From assembly GCA_965533275.1 (NCBI GenBank), contig CBESWG010000006.1, positions 5,634 to 69,633 on the forward strand: a stretch of 64,000 nucleotides of DNA. The letters run 5' to 3'. Origin of the DNA: an uncultured bacterium. Lineage in GTDB: Bacteria > Acidobacteriota > Aminicenantia > Aminicenantales > Aminicenantaceae. Below are positions 19,530-29,748 of the stretch, piece after piece. Made by a program: the position numbers and the translations under genes. The notes beneath the pieces were generated by a model. It was given only the letters and a program-made list of their open reading frames with translations, ran no database searches and was not told the origin of the DNA. The stretch's first letter is position 1, and every line of letters starts with the position of its first letter.

Positions 19530-19708
19530 TTCAGAGGCTCAACGGCAAGACTCGAAAAACATATTAACGAATCCCATCTTCCCGGCAAGCGAGACAAAAT
19601 ACGCTATGGTGTTCTTGTCCAAATTGTAATATACATTCTAGCATAGAGGGAAGAAGCCGCTCCAAATGCGGCGCTGCCACCCAAAATATGATTTTGAGGA
19701 GGCTCTGT

Positions 19709-22246
19709 ATGCAAAAATCGCCAAGGATATTCGTCTATTCATTCTTGATTTTTATGCTGTTGGCACCCATCTTCGTAAGCTGCACAGCCCCGGTGACCAA
19801 AATCCCAGTCCGCGCCTACAACGGGTCCTACCCGGATGCCTTCAATGCCAGAGTGGCGTGGCCCATAGGCGGCATCGGCGCCGGCATGATCTGTCTCGAA
19901 GGTCGGGGGGCTATCTCCCATGTGTCTGTCCGAAACAAAATGGAGTTGTTCAACGAGCCCTGCTCCTTTGCCGCGGTCTGCATTTTAGGTGAGGACGGCA
20001 ATACCGCCCGTGTACTGGAGGGCCAGGTCCCCGATTGGAAGATCTTTGGCGGCCCAAGAACAGGAAACGGTGCAGCCGGCACAAGCTACGGGCTGCCGCG
20101 GTTCCAGGAATCTAAGTTCCTGGCCCGCTTCCCCTTCGGCACTGTCGCACTCCATGATCCCGATGTCCCACTGAAAGCCACGATCACGGGATGGAGCCCC
20201 TTCATTCCCGGAGACGCGGACAACGCCAGCCTCCCGGTGGGTACGCTGGAATACACCTTCGAGAATCCGACCGGCCGGGCCATGGATGTGGTTTTCTCCT
20301 ACAACTCTAAAAATTTCATGGCGGTCGGCCGCGAAGGCAACACCGTGAAGCCCATCAGGAACGGATTCGTCCTCTGGCAGGATGGCACGGAGAACAATCC
20401 GGAGCACCAGGGGGGGTACGCTGTCTTTGTCGAAGACGACAACGCCGTTGTCGACCACTGCTGGTTCAAGGGGGGATGGTGGGATGCGCTGACACTCACA
20501 TGGGAAAACATCGAATCCGGTGTGCCAATGGACAATCCGCCTGTGGAGGGAGCATGCCCAGGGGCGTCACTTTTTGTCCCCTTCACATTAGAGGCCGGCG
20601 AAGAAAAAACCGTAAAGCTCATGATCGCCTGGTATGTTCCGGAAACAAATCTGAGGCTCGGAACCGACCTTGACCCTTCACTCCTGACCGTGGACCCGAC
20701 CTGCTGTGAATCCGGCAACTTCGTCCCCTGGTATGCGGGCCGGTTCTCAGACATCTGCGATGTCGCGGAATACTGGCGTTTCCGCTGCGACGACCTGCGC
20801 CAGAAAACCAAGCTGTTCACGGACACCTTCTACGATACCGACCTCCCGGCGGAGGTCATCGAGGCCGCGGCAGCCAACCTGACCATCCTGAAGACCCCCA
20901 CGGTGCTCAGGCAGAAAGACGGGAGATACTGGTGTTTCGAGGGATGTTCCGACGACAGGGGCTGCTGCCATGGATCCTGTACCCATGTGTGGAACTACGC
21001 CCAGGCGGTCGCCCATCTCTTCCCCAGCCTGGAGAGGAGCCTGCGGGAAACGGAGTTTCTAAACAGCCAGGACGAGCGGGGCCACCAGACCTTCCGCACT
21101 CCCCTCCCCATCCGCCCCCCGGCCCATGATTTCCACGCGGCCTCCGACGGGCAGCTGGGCGGCATCATGAAGGTCTACCGGGAGTGGCGCATCTCAGGGG
21201 ACACGGAATGGCTGCAGTCCCTCTGGCCAAAAGTCCGGCAGAGCCTAGACTACTGCATCCGAACCTGGGATCCCAAGGGAAAAGGAGTGCTGGAGGAACC
21301 CCACCACAACACCTATGACATCGAATACTGGGGCCCTGATGGGCACTGTTCAAGTTTCTATCTGGGCGCCCTGGAAGCGGCGGTCAGGATGGGAGAGGTA
21401 CTGGAGGACGACGTTCAAAGCTATGCGAAGCTCCTGGAAAAAGGGAAGGCATTCTATGAGGCAGAACTCTACAACGGCGAATACTTCATCCAGAAGATCC
21501 AGACCGATGGCCTGGTGGCCACGTATCCGGGGATCGATTATTCAGGGAACGGCGGCGGCTACCAGAAGATCATCGACAAGCTCAACCAGGACGGCCCCAA
21601 GTACCAGTATGGCACAGGCTGCCTCTCGGATGGGGTCCTCGGCTTCTGGATCGGCCTGGCGTGCGGGCTGGATGAGATCGTCGATGCGGACAAGGTCACG
21701 AGCCACCTCCTCGCCGTGCACAAATACAACCTGAAGCGGGACCTCAGGGACTTCGCGAATCCCCAGCGCCCGTCATTTGCCATGGGAAACGAGGGCGGAC
21801 TGCTGCTGTGCACATGGCCGCGGGGCGGTGAGCTTTCCATCCCCTTTGTCTACAGCAACGAGGTCTGGACGGGGATCGAGTATCAGGTCGCCTCCCACCT
21901 GATGTTCGAAGGCAGAGTCGAAGAGGGGCTGGACATCGTGCGCGAATGCAGGGACCGCTACGACGGCCGGATCCGGAATCCCTTCAACGAGTACGAATGC
22001 GGCCACTGGTACGGCCGGGCTCTCTCCAGCTACGGGCTGATCCAGGGTTTGACCGGGGTCCGCTACGACGCCGTTGAAAAGACCCTCTACATCGACTCTC
22101 GTTTAGGAGATTCCTTCCGGAGTTTCCTGTCCACGGACGGAGGCTTCGGCACGGCCGGATTGAAGGCAGGCCGGCCCTTCCTGGACGTCAAAATGGGTAC
22201 GATAGAGATCGAACGTATCGTAGTCTCGGGTGAGGAACATAATTGA
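19709..22246 (+). CDS. Glycoside hydrolase family 116-like (glucosylceramidase / bile-acid beta-glucosidase GBA2-type), lipoprotein
   Basis: An N-terminal region (WPIGGIGAGMICLEGRG) matches the GBA2_N type. A catalytic-region pattern (YREWRISGDTEWL...EPHHNTYDIEYWGPDGHCSSFYL) is present. GAGGAGG precedes the ATG at 19709. Confidence 0.8.
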   Translation: MQKSPRIFVYSFLIFMLLAPIFVSCTAPVTKIPVRAYNGSYPDAFNARVAWPIGGIGAGMICLEGRGAISHVSVRNKMELFNEPCSFAAVCILGEDGNTARVLEGQVPDWKIFGGPRTGNGAAGTSYGLPRFQESKFLARFPFGTVALHDPDVPLKATITGWSPFIPGDADNASLPVGTLEYTFENPTGRAMDVVFSYNSKNFMAVGREGNTVKPIRNGFVLWQDGTENNPEHQGGYAVFVEDDNAVVDHCWFKGGWWDALTLTWENIESGVPMDNPPVEGACPGASLFVPFTLEAGEEKTVKLMIAWYVPETNLRLGTDLDPSLLTVDPTCCESGNFVPWYAGRFSDICDVAEYWRFRCDDLRQKTKLFTDTFYDTDLPAEVIEAAAANLTILKTPTVLRQKDGRYWCFEGCSDDRGCCHGSCTHVWNYAQAVAHLFPSLERSLRETEFLNSQDERGHQTFRTPLPIRPPAHDFHAASDGQLGGIMKVYREWRISGDTEWLQSLWPKVRQSLDYCIRTWDPKGKGVLEEPHHNTYDIEYWGPDGHCSSFYLGALEAAVRMGEVLEDDVQSYAKLLEKGKAFYEAELYNGEYFIQKIQTDGLVATYPGIDYSGNGGGYQKIIDKLNQDGPKYQYGTGCLSDGVLGFWIGLACGLDEIVDADKVTSHLLAVHKYNLKRDLRDFANPQRPSFAMGNEGGLLLCTWPRGGELSIPFVYSNEVWTGIEYQVASHLMFEGRVEEGLDIVRECRDRYDGRIRNPFNEYECGHWYGRALSSYGLIQGLTGVRYDAVEKTLYIDSRLGDSFRSFLSTDGGFGTAGLKAGRPFLDVKMGTIEIERIVVSGEEHN

Positions 22247-22342
22247 ACTATAATGCCATTGTCATCGGATCGGGTCTGGGCGGCCTCGCGCCGTGCTCGG
22301 CAGCGGCTATATGGTCGCCAGAGAGATACTTAAGAAGGACGA

Positions 22343-24616
22343 TTAATCAACAGCCGGCTTGAGGTTGGACAGTTCGATGTCCATGTTCAGGCGGGGGCCG
22401 CCCTCAAACTGGACGATCACCCGTTCCTTCTCCTGCTCGGTAAACAATTTTTCCACACGGCCCGGGCCGAGCGTCGGATGATCGACGCGTTTTCCTTTGC
22501 CGAAAGGATGGCTGGACTCCTTTTGTTTTTCTGTGGGACGTGGCTGGAAAACAGTGCGAACGGATTCAGATGGAGGGGGAGGAGGAGTTGGAGTGGCAGG
22601 CCTCTTGCCAGAGGGATAACGCCCTGAGGCTTTCATCCCTCTTTTTGGTCTCCAGAAAGCGGGATCGGGACGAACGACCTCCAGCCCCTCCAGGTCGGCC
22701 AGGAAAATAGACCGCCTGTGCTCCCTGGCTAAGCCGTTCACAGTCCGGCTTCTGGAAAGGCTCAGGGACAGGAATTTTTCCGCCCGTGTGATGCCCACAA
22801 AAAGCAGCCGCCGCTCCTCTTCCATGCCCGCATCCGATGCCCGGCTCCGCTCATGGGGAATGATACCATCTTCCACTCCGATGATCCGAACTGCAGGAAA
22901 TTCCAACCCCTTGGCGGCATGGAGGGTCATCAGGGATACGGCGCCTGCCTCCCTGTCAAAACAGTCCGGGTCACTGAGCAGAGACAGCTGCCTCAGGTAC
23001 TCCTCGGGCCCGGAAGATTCCTCTTCATCGAACCGTGCCGCTGAACCCAAAAGCTCACCGACATTATCGAGGGCATCCTCGTTCTTTTCCTTCTCAAGCA
23101 CTTCCTTCAAGCCGGACTTAGTGAAAATCGCGGTCACAATGTCGGCAACGGGCCGGCTTTTCAGGACTCGCAGTTCCTCGATCAGCTCGACAAAAGCCTT
23201 GATCTTCTTTAGGGACGCTGTCCCGACACCCGGGATCTGTTCGTCACACGCCAACACGGTCCACATATCCACTCCGGCGGATTCCGCTTGCTGGGCGACG
23301 GCCTGAACGGTGGCCGCACCAATGCCTCTTGCCGGGCGGTTAATGATTCGGAGCAGGGCGACACGATCCAGCGGATTGACCAGGAGGCGCAGGTAAGCCA
23401 GGACATCCTTGATCTCCTTGCGCCTGTAGAATTCCACACCCCGGACGATCTGGTAGGGGATATCGGTGGCATACAGGCCCTCTTCGAGAGAGCGGCTCAT
23501 CGCGTTGGTGCGGTAAAAAAGGGCGATGTCCCGGTAGTCCAATCCACTTTTTGCTCTCAGATCCAGGATCCAGTCGGCCGCTCCCCTCGCTTCGTCGGTC
23601 TCATCCGGATACTCATACAGCCTGGGGTTCTCCCCCCCCTCGTTTTGGGCGATCAGACGTTTGGCCTTGCGCTGAGTGTTGCCCTTGATCAAGCTGTCGG
23701 CCAGATCGAGCACCTGAGGTGTAGACCGGAAATTGTACTCCAGGCGGACCACCTTCGCCTGCGGCCAATCCTTTTCAAAAGCAAGGATATTGGAGATGTC
23801 GGCCCCTCTCCAACCATAGATGGACTGGTCGGGATCTCCCGTAACAAAAAAATTCCCGTGTTTTTCCGCCAACTTCCGGGAGATTCGGTACTGGCTGGCA
23901 TTGGTGTCCTGATACTCATCCACAAGAATATAGAGATAGCGGCGGCTCAATTTGGCGGCAAGATCGGGATCTTGCTCCAGGACCAGCGCCACACGCATGA
24001 GCAGATCATCGAAATCCAGGGCTGCGCTGCGATCCAGCTGTTTCTGATAGGCCTGGTAATAGTCTTTGATCACTTTCGACAGCAGATCAAAACCCGGGTC
24101 AGAGATGTTGTCGGGTGTCAGAAGCTGGTTCTTGAAGCGGCTGATCCGCCGCAGCACTCTGGCAGGAGGGAAAAGCTGGAAATCCAGGCCGGACTCCCGG
24201 CAGGCTTCCCTGAGGGCGGCCTTGCGATCCGCTTCGTCATAGATGGTGAAGGAGGCCTGCAAGCCCGCCTGGCCGGCAAATTCCCTGAGGAGGCGGGCGC
24301 AGAGGCTGTGAAAAGTGGACAGGGTGGCGCCAGCTGCAACGCCCATTTCATTCAGCCGGGTGCGCATCTCCTCTGCGGCTTTGTTGGTGAAGGTCAATCC
24401 CAGAATGGATCTGGGGGGAACGCCCCGGCTGACCAGCCAGGCCACCCTGCGTGTGATCACTCGTGTTTTTCCGGATCCCGGGCCGGCCACTACCAGCATG
24501 GGGCCATCCAGATGGGTGACAGCCTCCTTCTGGGCATCGGTCAGGTCCGCTAGTATTTCTTCAGCTCTCAATATTTCCTCTTTTCCTTTCTGTGCCGGAC
24601 AGGAGATGCCAGACAT
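22343..24616 (-). CDS. UvrD/PcrA/Rep-family ATP-dependent DNA helicase (housekeeping type)
   Basis: Walker A AGPGSGKTRV, the TFTNKAAEEM motif, and the helicase motifs are in canonical order. A PcrA/UvrD-type C-terminal tail is present. Confidence 0.9.
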   Translation of the reverse strand: MSGISCPAQKGKEEILRAEEILADLTDAQKEAVTHLDGPMLVVAGPGSGKTRVITRRVAWLVSRGVPPRSILGLTFTNKAAEEMRTRLNEMGVAAGATLSTFHSLCARLLREFAGQAGLQASFTIYDEADRKAALREACRESGLDFQLFPPARVLRRISRFKNQLLTPDNISDPGFDLLSKVIKDYYQAYQKQLDRSAALDFDDLLMRVALVLEQDPDLAAKLSRRYLYILVDEYQDTNASQYRISRKLAEKHGNFFVTGDPDQSIYGWRGADISNILAFEKDWPQAKVVRLEYNFRSTPQVLDLADSLIKGNTQRKAKRLIAQNEGGENPRLYEYPDETDEARGAADWILDLRAKSGLDYRDIALFYRTNAMSRSLEEGLYATDIPYQIVRGVEFYRRKEIKDVLAYLRLLVNPLDRVALLRIINRPARGIGAATVQAVAQQAESAGVDMWTVLACDEQIPGVGTASLKKIKAFVELIEELRVLKSRPVADIVTAIFTKSGLKEVLEKEKNEDALDNVGELLGSAARFDEEESSGPEEYLRQLSLLSDPDCFDREAGAVSLMTLHAAKGLEFPAVRIIGVEDGIIPHERSRASDAGMEEERRLLFVGITRAEKFLSLSLSRSRTVNGLAREHRRSIFLADLEGLEVVRPDPAFWRPKRGMKASGRYPSGKRPATPTPPPPPSESVRTVFQPRPTEKQKESSHPFGKGKRVDHPTLGPGRVEKLFTEQEKERVIVQFEGGPRLNMDIELSNLKPAVD

Positions 24617-24771
24617 GTAATTCCATTCGCAGGATTAAAACAACTATGGCTGGTGCACAAACATACTCCATCCAATCTTGGTGGTCAAATCAGCTTTGCA
24701 TGTTTCCACATAAAGAGTTGTCATGGAACAGGGAAGGCAGTAATATGCACATCAGCAGCAAGGAGTAAACC

Positions 24772-25449
24772 ATGACCTACAATCATCCTATTCGTGTTTG
24801 CATCTGCATCTTAGTCCTTGGCCTCTTCACTGGTATGAATCTAGCCGGCACCATGCGAGATCCTGGGACAAAAGAGTTTGATCTCGGCCCAGCCGTACAA
24901 ACCTCGGGCGGGCTGCAGGTAAAACTCGAGGATTTCCCCGCGGAGGGACATATTCTGGATATCGGTGGTGGAGGGGAAGGGATCATCGGACAGCTGAAAG
25001 GAAGCCAGGTCATCGCCATCGACATCAGCAAGCGTGAGCTTGAAGATGCCCCGCCAGGCCCACTCAAGATCGAGATGGACGCGAGGGACCTCAAGTTTCT
25101 CGATGGGGCTTTCAAGACTGTGACTGTCTTTTTCACTTTCATGTACATCGACGACAGCGACCACGGGAAGGTCTTCCAGGAGATCCATCGCGTGCTAGAG
25201 ACCGGGGGCCGGCTCCTGATCTGGGACGTCACCCTGGCCGAACGCCCCGATCCCCAGAGGAAAATGGCGCTTTTTATGCTCACCATCACGCTCCCTCAAA
25301 TAGAGGTAAAAACCGGATACGGAGTGCGCTGGCCCGAGGGGGGAAGGCCCCTGTCCCACTACCTGAACCTGGCAGAGGATGTCGGATTCGAGGTGAGCGT
25401 AAAAAACGTCGACGGCAAATTGTTTTTCATGGAGATGATCAAGAAATAG
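24772..25449 (+). CDS. Class I SAM-dependent methyltransferase (Methyltransf_11-like)
   Basis: Motif I ILDIGGGGEG, plus downstream motifs (LLIWDV). The start is uncertain and could be the internal MRDPG. Confidence 0.75.
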   Translation: MTYNHPIRVCICILVLGLFTGMNLAGTMRDPGTKEFDLGPAVQTSGGLQVKLEDFPAEGHILDIGGGGEGIIGQLKGSQVIAIDISKRELEDAPPGPLKIEMDARDLKFLDGAFKTVTVFFTFMYIDDSDHGKVFQEIHRVLETGGRLLIWDVTLAERPDPQRKMALFMLTITLPQIEVKTGYGVRWPEGGRPLSHYLNLAEDVGFEVSVKNVDGKLFFMEMIKK

Positions 25450-25538
25450 CATGTCCCGCATCGGTCGGGTTCGGTCCCAGTGATTTTTTTTACCCGCAAT
25501 TCACGTATACTTGTCTCACAAGGAATTCAAAATATCCC

Positions 25539-26099
25539 ATGAAGGAGGGATCGAGGATGGATGACATTAAGGACAAGCTCCCGGAGCAGGACCGGGATAA
25601 GATGATGGATACACAAATGAAGATGATGGCGGTCAACAAAAACCATGCATTCCTCAAGAACCTGGTCGGAGAATGGGACGTAAAGACCAAGGCCTGGATG
25701 GAGCCAGGCGGAGAGCCCACTGAGTCCCACAGTTTTTCTTCAGCAGAGATGATCATGGGAGGCCGCTTCCTCAGGGCAAATTTCAAGGGAATGATGTTCG
25801 GACAGCCCTTTGAAGGCCTGCAGATCGTTGGATTCGACAATCACAAGGAAAAGATCATTTCCCTCTGGATCGACAGCTCCAGCACGACATTTTTCCTGAC
25901 CGAGGGTACCCTCGACCTGGATAATAGCACTATCACTGAGGAAGGGACTTGGCCCGATCCCATGACCGGTGGGGTCATTGAGGTCAAGGCGATCACGACA
26001 CTGATCGGACAGGATGAATACACATATCAGATGTATATGACCGGACCGGATGGAAACGAATTCAAATCCATGGAAAATCAATACCTCAGAAAGGAATAA
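25539..26099 (+). CDS. Hypothetical protein (possibly DUF1579-like)
   Basis: 186-aa hydrophilic protein with no catalytic motif recognised. The DUF assignment is from memory and tentative. Confidence 0.45.
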   Translation: MKEGSRMDDIKDKLPEQDRDKMMDTQMKMMAVNKNHAFLKNLVGEWDVKTKAWMEPGGEPTESHSFSSAEMIMGGRFLRANFKGMMFGQPFEGLQIVGFDNHKEKIISLWIDSSSTTFFLTEGTLDLDNSTITEEGTWPDPMTGGVIEVKAITTLIGQDEYTYQMYMTGPDGNEFKSMENQYLRKE

Positions 26100-26110
26100 A
26101 GGAGAGAAGG

Positions 26111-26911
26111 ATGGAAGAGATAAAAAAACACGAACCGCGCACCTTCAGCTGGATCGACCTGGCTACGACCGACCTGGAAGCCGCCAAGACATTCTATACG
26201 AAGCTGTTCGCGCTGACGGCCGTGGACACTCCTGCAGGGCCCGGCACGGCCTATACCATGCTCAACCTCAACGACAAGCCCGTGGCTGCCATTTTCGCGA
26301 TCACGAAGGAGCAGCTGGAAGATGACATGCGGCCTCACTGGGACTCCTATGTGACCGTGGACGACGTGGAAGAGACCGTGAACAAAGTAAAATTCCTGGG
26401 AGGATCGGCCCCGCAGCTGCCCTTCGAAGTCTCTGATGCGGGACGGTTGGGCATCGTCCGAGATCCAACAGGCGCGATCCTGGCGCTGTGGCAGCCCAAC
26501 CAGGAGATCGGGGCTCGTTTCAAAAACATCCCCGGCTCCCTGTGCTGGAACGAGCTGGTCACCACCGACGCTGAGCGATCGAAATATTTCTTTACGCACC
26601 TTCTGGGCTGGAAGTCCCACACCACAGAGATGCCCAACATCACCTACACAACCTTTCTGGTGGATGAGAAGCCCGTGGCGGGCATGTACCAGATGCCGGA
26701 TACTATTGAGGATGTCCCTTCCCACTGGCTGCCGTACTTTGCGGTCGAAGACTGCGACCAGAGCTGCGCCAAGGCCCAGGAACTCGGTGCTGTGGTTCTA
26801 AAGGCCCCCACCGACATCCCCGAAACCGGCAGGTACGCGGTCCTGCAGGATCCCCAGGGAGCGGCCTTCGCCATCCTCAAGATGGAGCCCATGGAGGAAC
26901 AGCCGAAATAG
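26111..26911 (+). CDS. VOC-family protein (glyoxalase/bleomycin-resistance/dioxygenase fold), two tandem VOC modules
   Basis: 266 aa with two similar halves (FSWIDLATTDLEAAKTFY... / LCWNELVTTDAERSKYFF...). Confidence 0.8.
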   Translation: MEEIKKHEPRTFSWIDLATTDLEAAKTFYTKLFALTAVDTPAGPGTAYTMLNLNDKPVAAIFAITKEQLEDDMRPHWDSYVTVDDVEETVNKVKFLGGSAPQLPFEVSDAGRLGIVRDPTGAILALWQPNQEIGARFKNIPGSLCWNELVTTDAERSKYFFTHLLGWKSHTTEMPNITYTTFLVDEKPVAGMYQMPDTIEDVPSHWLPYFAVEDCDQSCAKAQELGAVVLKAPTDIPETGRYAVLQDPQGAAFAILKMEPMEEQPK

Positions 26912-27047
26912 TTTCGAAGGGCCTCTCATCGCCCGGGGTGAGATGTGACACACTATATTCACCCCTGATACCCCCACTTTAGACGATTGTCCTTCTTCAG
27001 GCCCTCTGAGACAATAGGCTCTATTTACAAGGGACAGATGGGATCCC

Positions 27048-27539
27048 ATGCGAAAAATAGAGCTAAAGAACAAGATCGACCGCGGCAGCCAGAGCGGCCT
27101 CACTTTGATTGAGCTGCTGATCATTGTCGCGATCATCGGCACACTGATGATGATCGCCATCCCCACCTCTATAAACATGCTCGAAAAAGCGTATATCAAG
27201 CGTGCGTGTGCCGACATTTTGCATCTGAGCCAAAAGCTCACGAACCACCTATACGACCATGGGTCGCTTCCCGAGCAGCTGGACAGTATTCCCGCTGTCG
27301 ACCTGATAGATCCCTGGGGGAATCCCTATCAGTATCTGATCATCCTCGGCAAAAAAAAGAACGAGATCAAAGGCAAGTGGAGGAAAGACCGCTTCCTGGT
27401 GCCCATCAACGCAGATTTCGATCTGTACAGCATGGGAAAGGATGGAAAAACCACTGCTCCCCTGACCGCCAAGGCCAGCCATGATGACATCATACGAGCC
27501 AATAACGGGCGCTACGTGGGCCTGGCCTCGAAATACTGA
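27048..27539 (+). CDS. Type II secretion / type IV pilin-like pseudopilin (GspG-like)
   Basis: Prepilin cleavage/methylation motif G-LTLIELLIIVAIIG. DPWGNPYQY motif characteristic of GspG. Confidence 0.8.
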   Translation: MRKIELKNKIDRGSQSGLTLIELLIIVAIIGTLMMIAIPTSINMLEKAYIKRACADILHLSQKLTNHLYDHGSLPEQLDSIPAVDLIDPWGNPYQYLIILGKKKNEIKGKWRKDRFLVPINADFDLYSMGKDGKTTAPLTAKASHDDIIRANNGRYVGLASKY

Positions 27540-27552
27540 CCGGAAAAGTTAA

Positions 27553-29742
27553 ATGAAATTTGAGAGGGCAATATTCCGCAGCCTGGTAGCTCGGAGGATC
27601 ACTCTGTTGTTTGGCCTCTGTGCGATAGTTCCCATCTTAGTACTGGGCCTTTTCTCCTACCTGCATGTGAACACCCAACTTCTTGATCAATCCCGGCAAC
27701 GTCTCCTGCATAGCACCAAGTCCTTGGGCATGAGCGTTTACGAGAGGCTGATATCGCTGCAGGCCGAGATGAACATGGTCGTCTCAGTATGGAGGACCGA
27801 CGGCAGCGCTGCGACTTTAGGTGATATTTCTGAAGAGTATCGCTCCCAGCTCGACCAGCACTATTTGGGAATCCAGGTTCTCTATCAAGATGGGGAAACG
27901 GCAGGCGTTTTCGGGCAGAATTTTCGACTACCCGAACTGAGTCTCGCAGAAGAACAGCATGGCTTCGCAGGCGAGGACCTGGTGCTGACGCGGAGCTCAA
28001 GCTCAACGCTTTCCAGGATTTTCCTGGCCCTGCCCTTTTCTGCCGAAAACGGGAGAAAAGCTCTGCTCATATCCGAGATCCAAGGCCTGTATCTCTGGTA
28101 TGCCGGCACTGAAAGCACCCTACCAGGTCAGACAGAGCTGCATGTCCTGGACCATGAAAAGAACCTCATCTTCACTTCGGCTATGGGAGCCTATCGTTTC
28201 CCGGATGATACATTCAAACAAATTCAGCCCAAAAATTCAGGCTGGTTTTCCTGGAACATGGGCGATAATGAGTATTTTGCATGCTACCGGGATCTTTTCA
28301 TGGAAAGCCGGTTCTTCTCTCCCACCTGGACCATGGTGGTCAGCGAGCTAAAATCCTATATGAATGCCCCGGCTGTCTACTTCAAACAAATTTATCCGCC
28401 GGTACTGATTTTTTCTTTGCTGGCCGTCATCCTTCTAAGTATCACTCAGATCCGGAAAAACCTCGTGCCCCTGGAAAAACTCAAGGCGGGGGCAGATGAG
28501 ATGGCAACGAAGAACTTTGAGACACGCGTCGAGGTATCCTCCAATGATGAGTTTGGGCAGGTGGCACGGTCATTTAACGATATGGCCGTAGAACTGGGAC
28601 GTCAGTTCAAATCATTGAGCATCCGTGCCGAGATCGACCGGGCTATCCTGGCGACCATGGAACCATCGGAGATCGCCAGGACCCTGGTACAAGATGTGAG
28701 AAACATCCATCCCTGTAAGGGCATCTGCGTAACAATCGTGGAGGATGACGACTCAGAGTCTGTAGAAAGCTATTTTTCTCTGGATACCGCCCATCAGGGG
28801 ATGGAGCAAGAGTCCTCCATCCTGAGCCAGATAGAAGTAGAGCGCATGCGTGCGACTCCGAATGCCCCCGAGTTGGCATCGTCCTGGGACGCACCCCGCT
28901 TCCTCAAGCCGTTGGTGCGGCAGGGGATGACCGCTTTCCACCTATTCCCCATATTTCTCAGCAAGAAATTGGCTGGCATAATCAGCCTCGGCTATGAAGG
29001 AAGATCATCCGCCCTCGAAGAAATCGAGCTCCTGCAGGTCAGGCAGCTGGTCGACCAGGTAGGAGTGGCCCTCTCGAATGCCCGCCTCATCAAAGAACTC
29101 CGAGTTTTTCATTGGGGGACTCTCACCGCGCTGGCCAGGGCGATCGATGCCAAGTCCCACTGGACCGCAGGACATTCTGAGAAAGTGACCAGGCTGGCAG
29201 TAAAGATCGGAAAAGCCATGAGACTGAAACCAGAGGAACTCGACATCTTGAGACGGGGTGGGCTCCTGCATGACATCGGCAAATTGGGTATCCCCAACAG
29301 CATCCTCGACAAAAAAGGCTCTCTTACACCAGAAGAAAGAGAGGTCATCCAAACACATCCGTTCCTGGGAGCACAGATATTGGAGCCGATCTCCTCTTTT
29401 GCAGACGTTGTGGACATCGTGTTCCAGCACCATGAAAACTATGACGGGTCCGGCTATCCCAACCAAATCTCTCGCGAAGACATTAGCCTGTACGGAAGGA
29501 TCGTAGCCGTCGCAGACAGGTTCGATGCGATGACCGCAGAACGGCCCTATAGAGAGGCCATGAAACAAGAAACGGCCGTCAACAAGATCATCCAACAGTC
29601 CGGGCACTGGTTCGATCCCAAGATCGTCAGGGCGTTCTTAGAGGTTATCGATCAGGAAGAGAACATAAACGACACAAGAAGAATAGAGTCGGGTTTTTTC
29701 ATCGACAGAGGTTCACAAAAAAACGGACTCCGTAGGATGTGA
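27553..29742 (+). CDS. Membrane sensor HD-GYP phosphodiesterase (periplasmic sensor - HAMP - GAF-like - HD-GYP)
   Basis: Two TM segments bracket a ~250-aa periplasmic region. A HAMP-like segment follows TM2. The HD motif LHDIGK and HHENYDGSGYP (the GYP motif) are present. Confidence 0.85.
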   Translation: MKFERAIFRSLVARRITLLFGLCAIVPILVLGLFSYLHVNTQLLDQSRQRLLHSTKSLGMSVYERLISLQAEMNMVVSVWRTDGSAATLGDISEEYRSQLDQHYLGIQVLYQDGETAGVFGQNFRLPELSLAEEQHGFAGEDLVLTRSSSSTLSRIFLALPFSAENGRKALLISEIQGLYLWYAGTESTLPGQTELHVLDHEKNLIFTSAMGAYRFPDDTFKQIQPKNSGWFSWNMGDNEYFACYRDLFMESRFFSPTWTMVVSELKSYMNAPAVYFKQIYPPVLIFSLLAVILLSITQIRKNLVPLEKLKAGADEMATKNFETRVEVSSNDEFGQVARSFNDMAVELGRQFKSLSIRAEIDRAILATMEPSEIARTLVQDVRNIHPCKGICVTIVEDDDSESVESYFSLDTAHQGMEQESSILSQIEVERMRATPNAPELASSWDAPRFLKPLVRQGMTAFHLFPIFLSKKLAGIISLGYEGRSSALEEIELLQVRQLVDQVGVALSNARLIKELRVFHWGTLTALARAIDAKSHWTAGHSEKVTRLAVKIGKAMRLKPEELDILRRGGLLHDIGKLGIPNSILDKKGSLTPEEREVIQTHPFLGAQILEPISSFADVVDIVFQHHENYDGSGYPNQISREDISLYGRIVAVADRFDAMTAERPYREAMKQETAVNKIIQQSGHWFDPKIVRAFLEVIDQEENINDTRRIESGFFIDRGSQKNGLRRM

Positions 29743-29748
29743 GCTGCC

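Noticed and set aside
23288-24553. 421-aa plus-strand ORF
   Set aside because: Fully antisense to the UvrD/PcrA helicase, which has all its motifs. Artefact.
22343-25449. A divergent UvrD-family helicase and SAM-methyltransferase, considered as a possible defence pair (Gabija- or Hachiman-like)
   Set aside because: The helicase has housekeeping PcrA/UvrD length, motif order and C-terminal tail. The methyltransferase is a small class-I enzyme with no DNA-methylase motifs (no DPPY or TRD). No nuclease partner is present.
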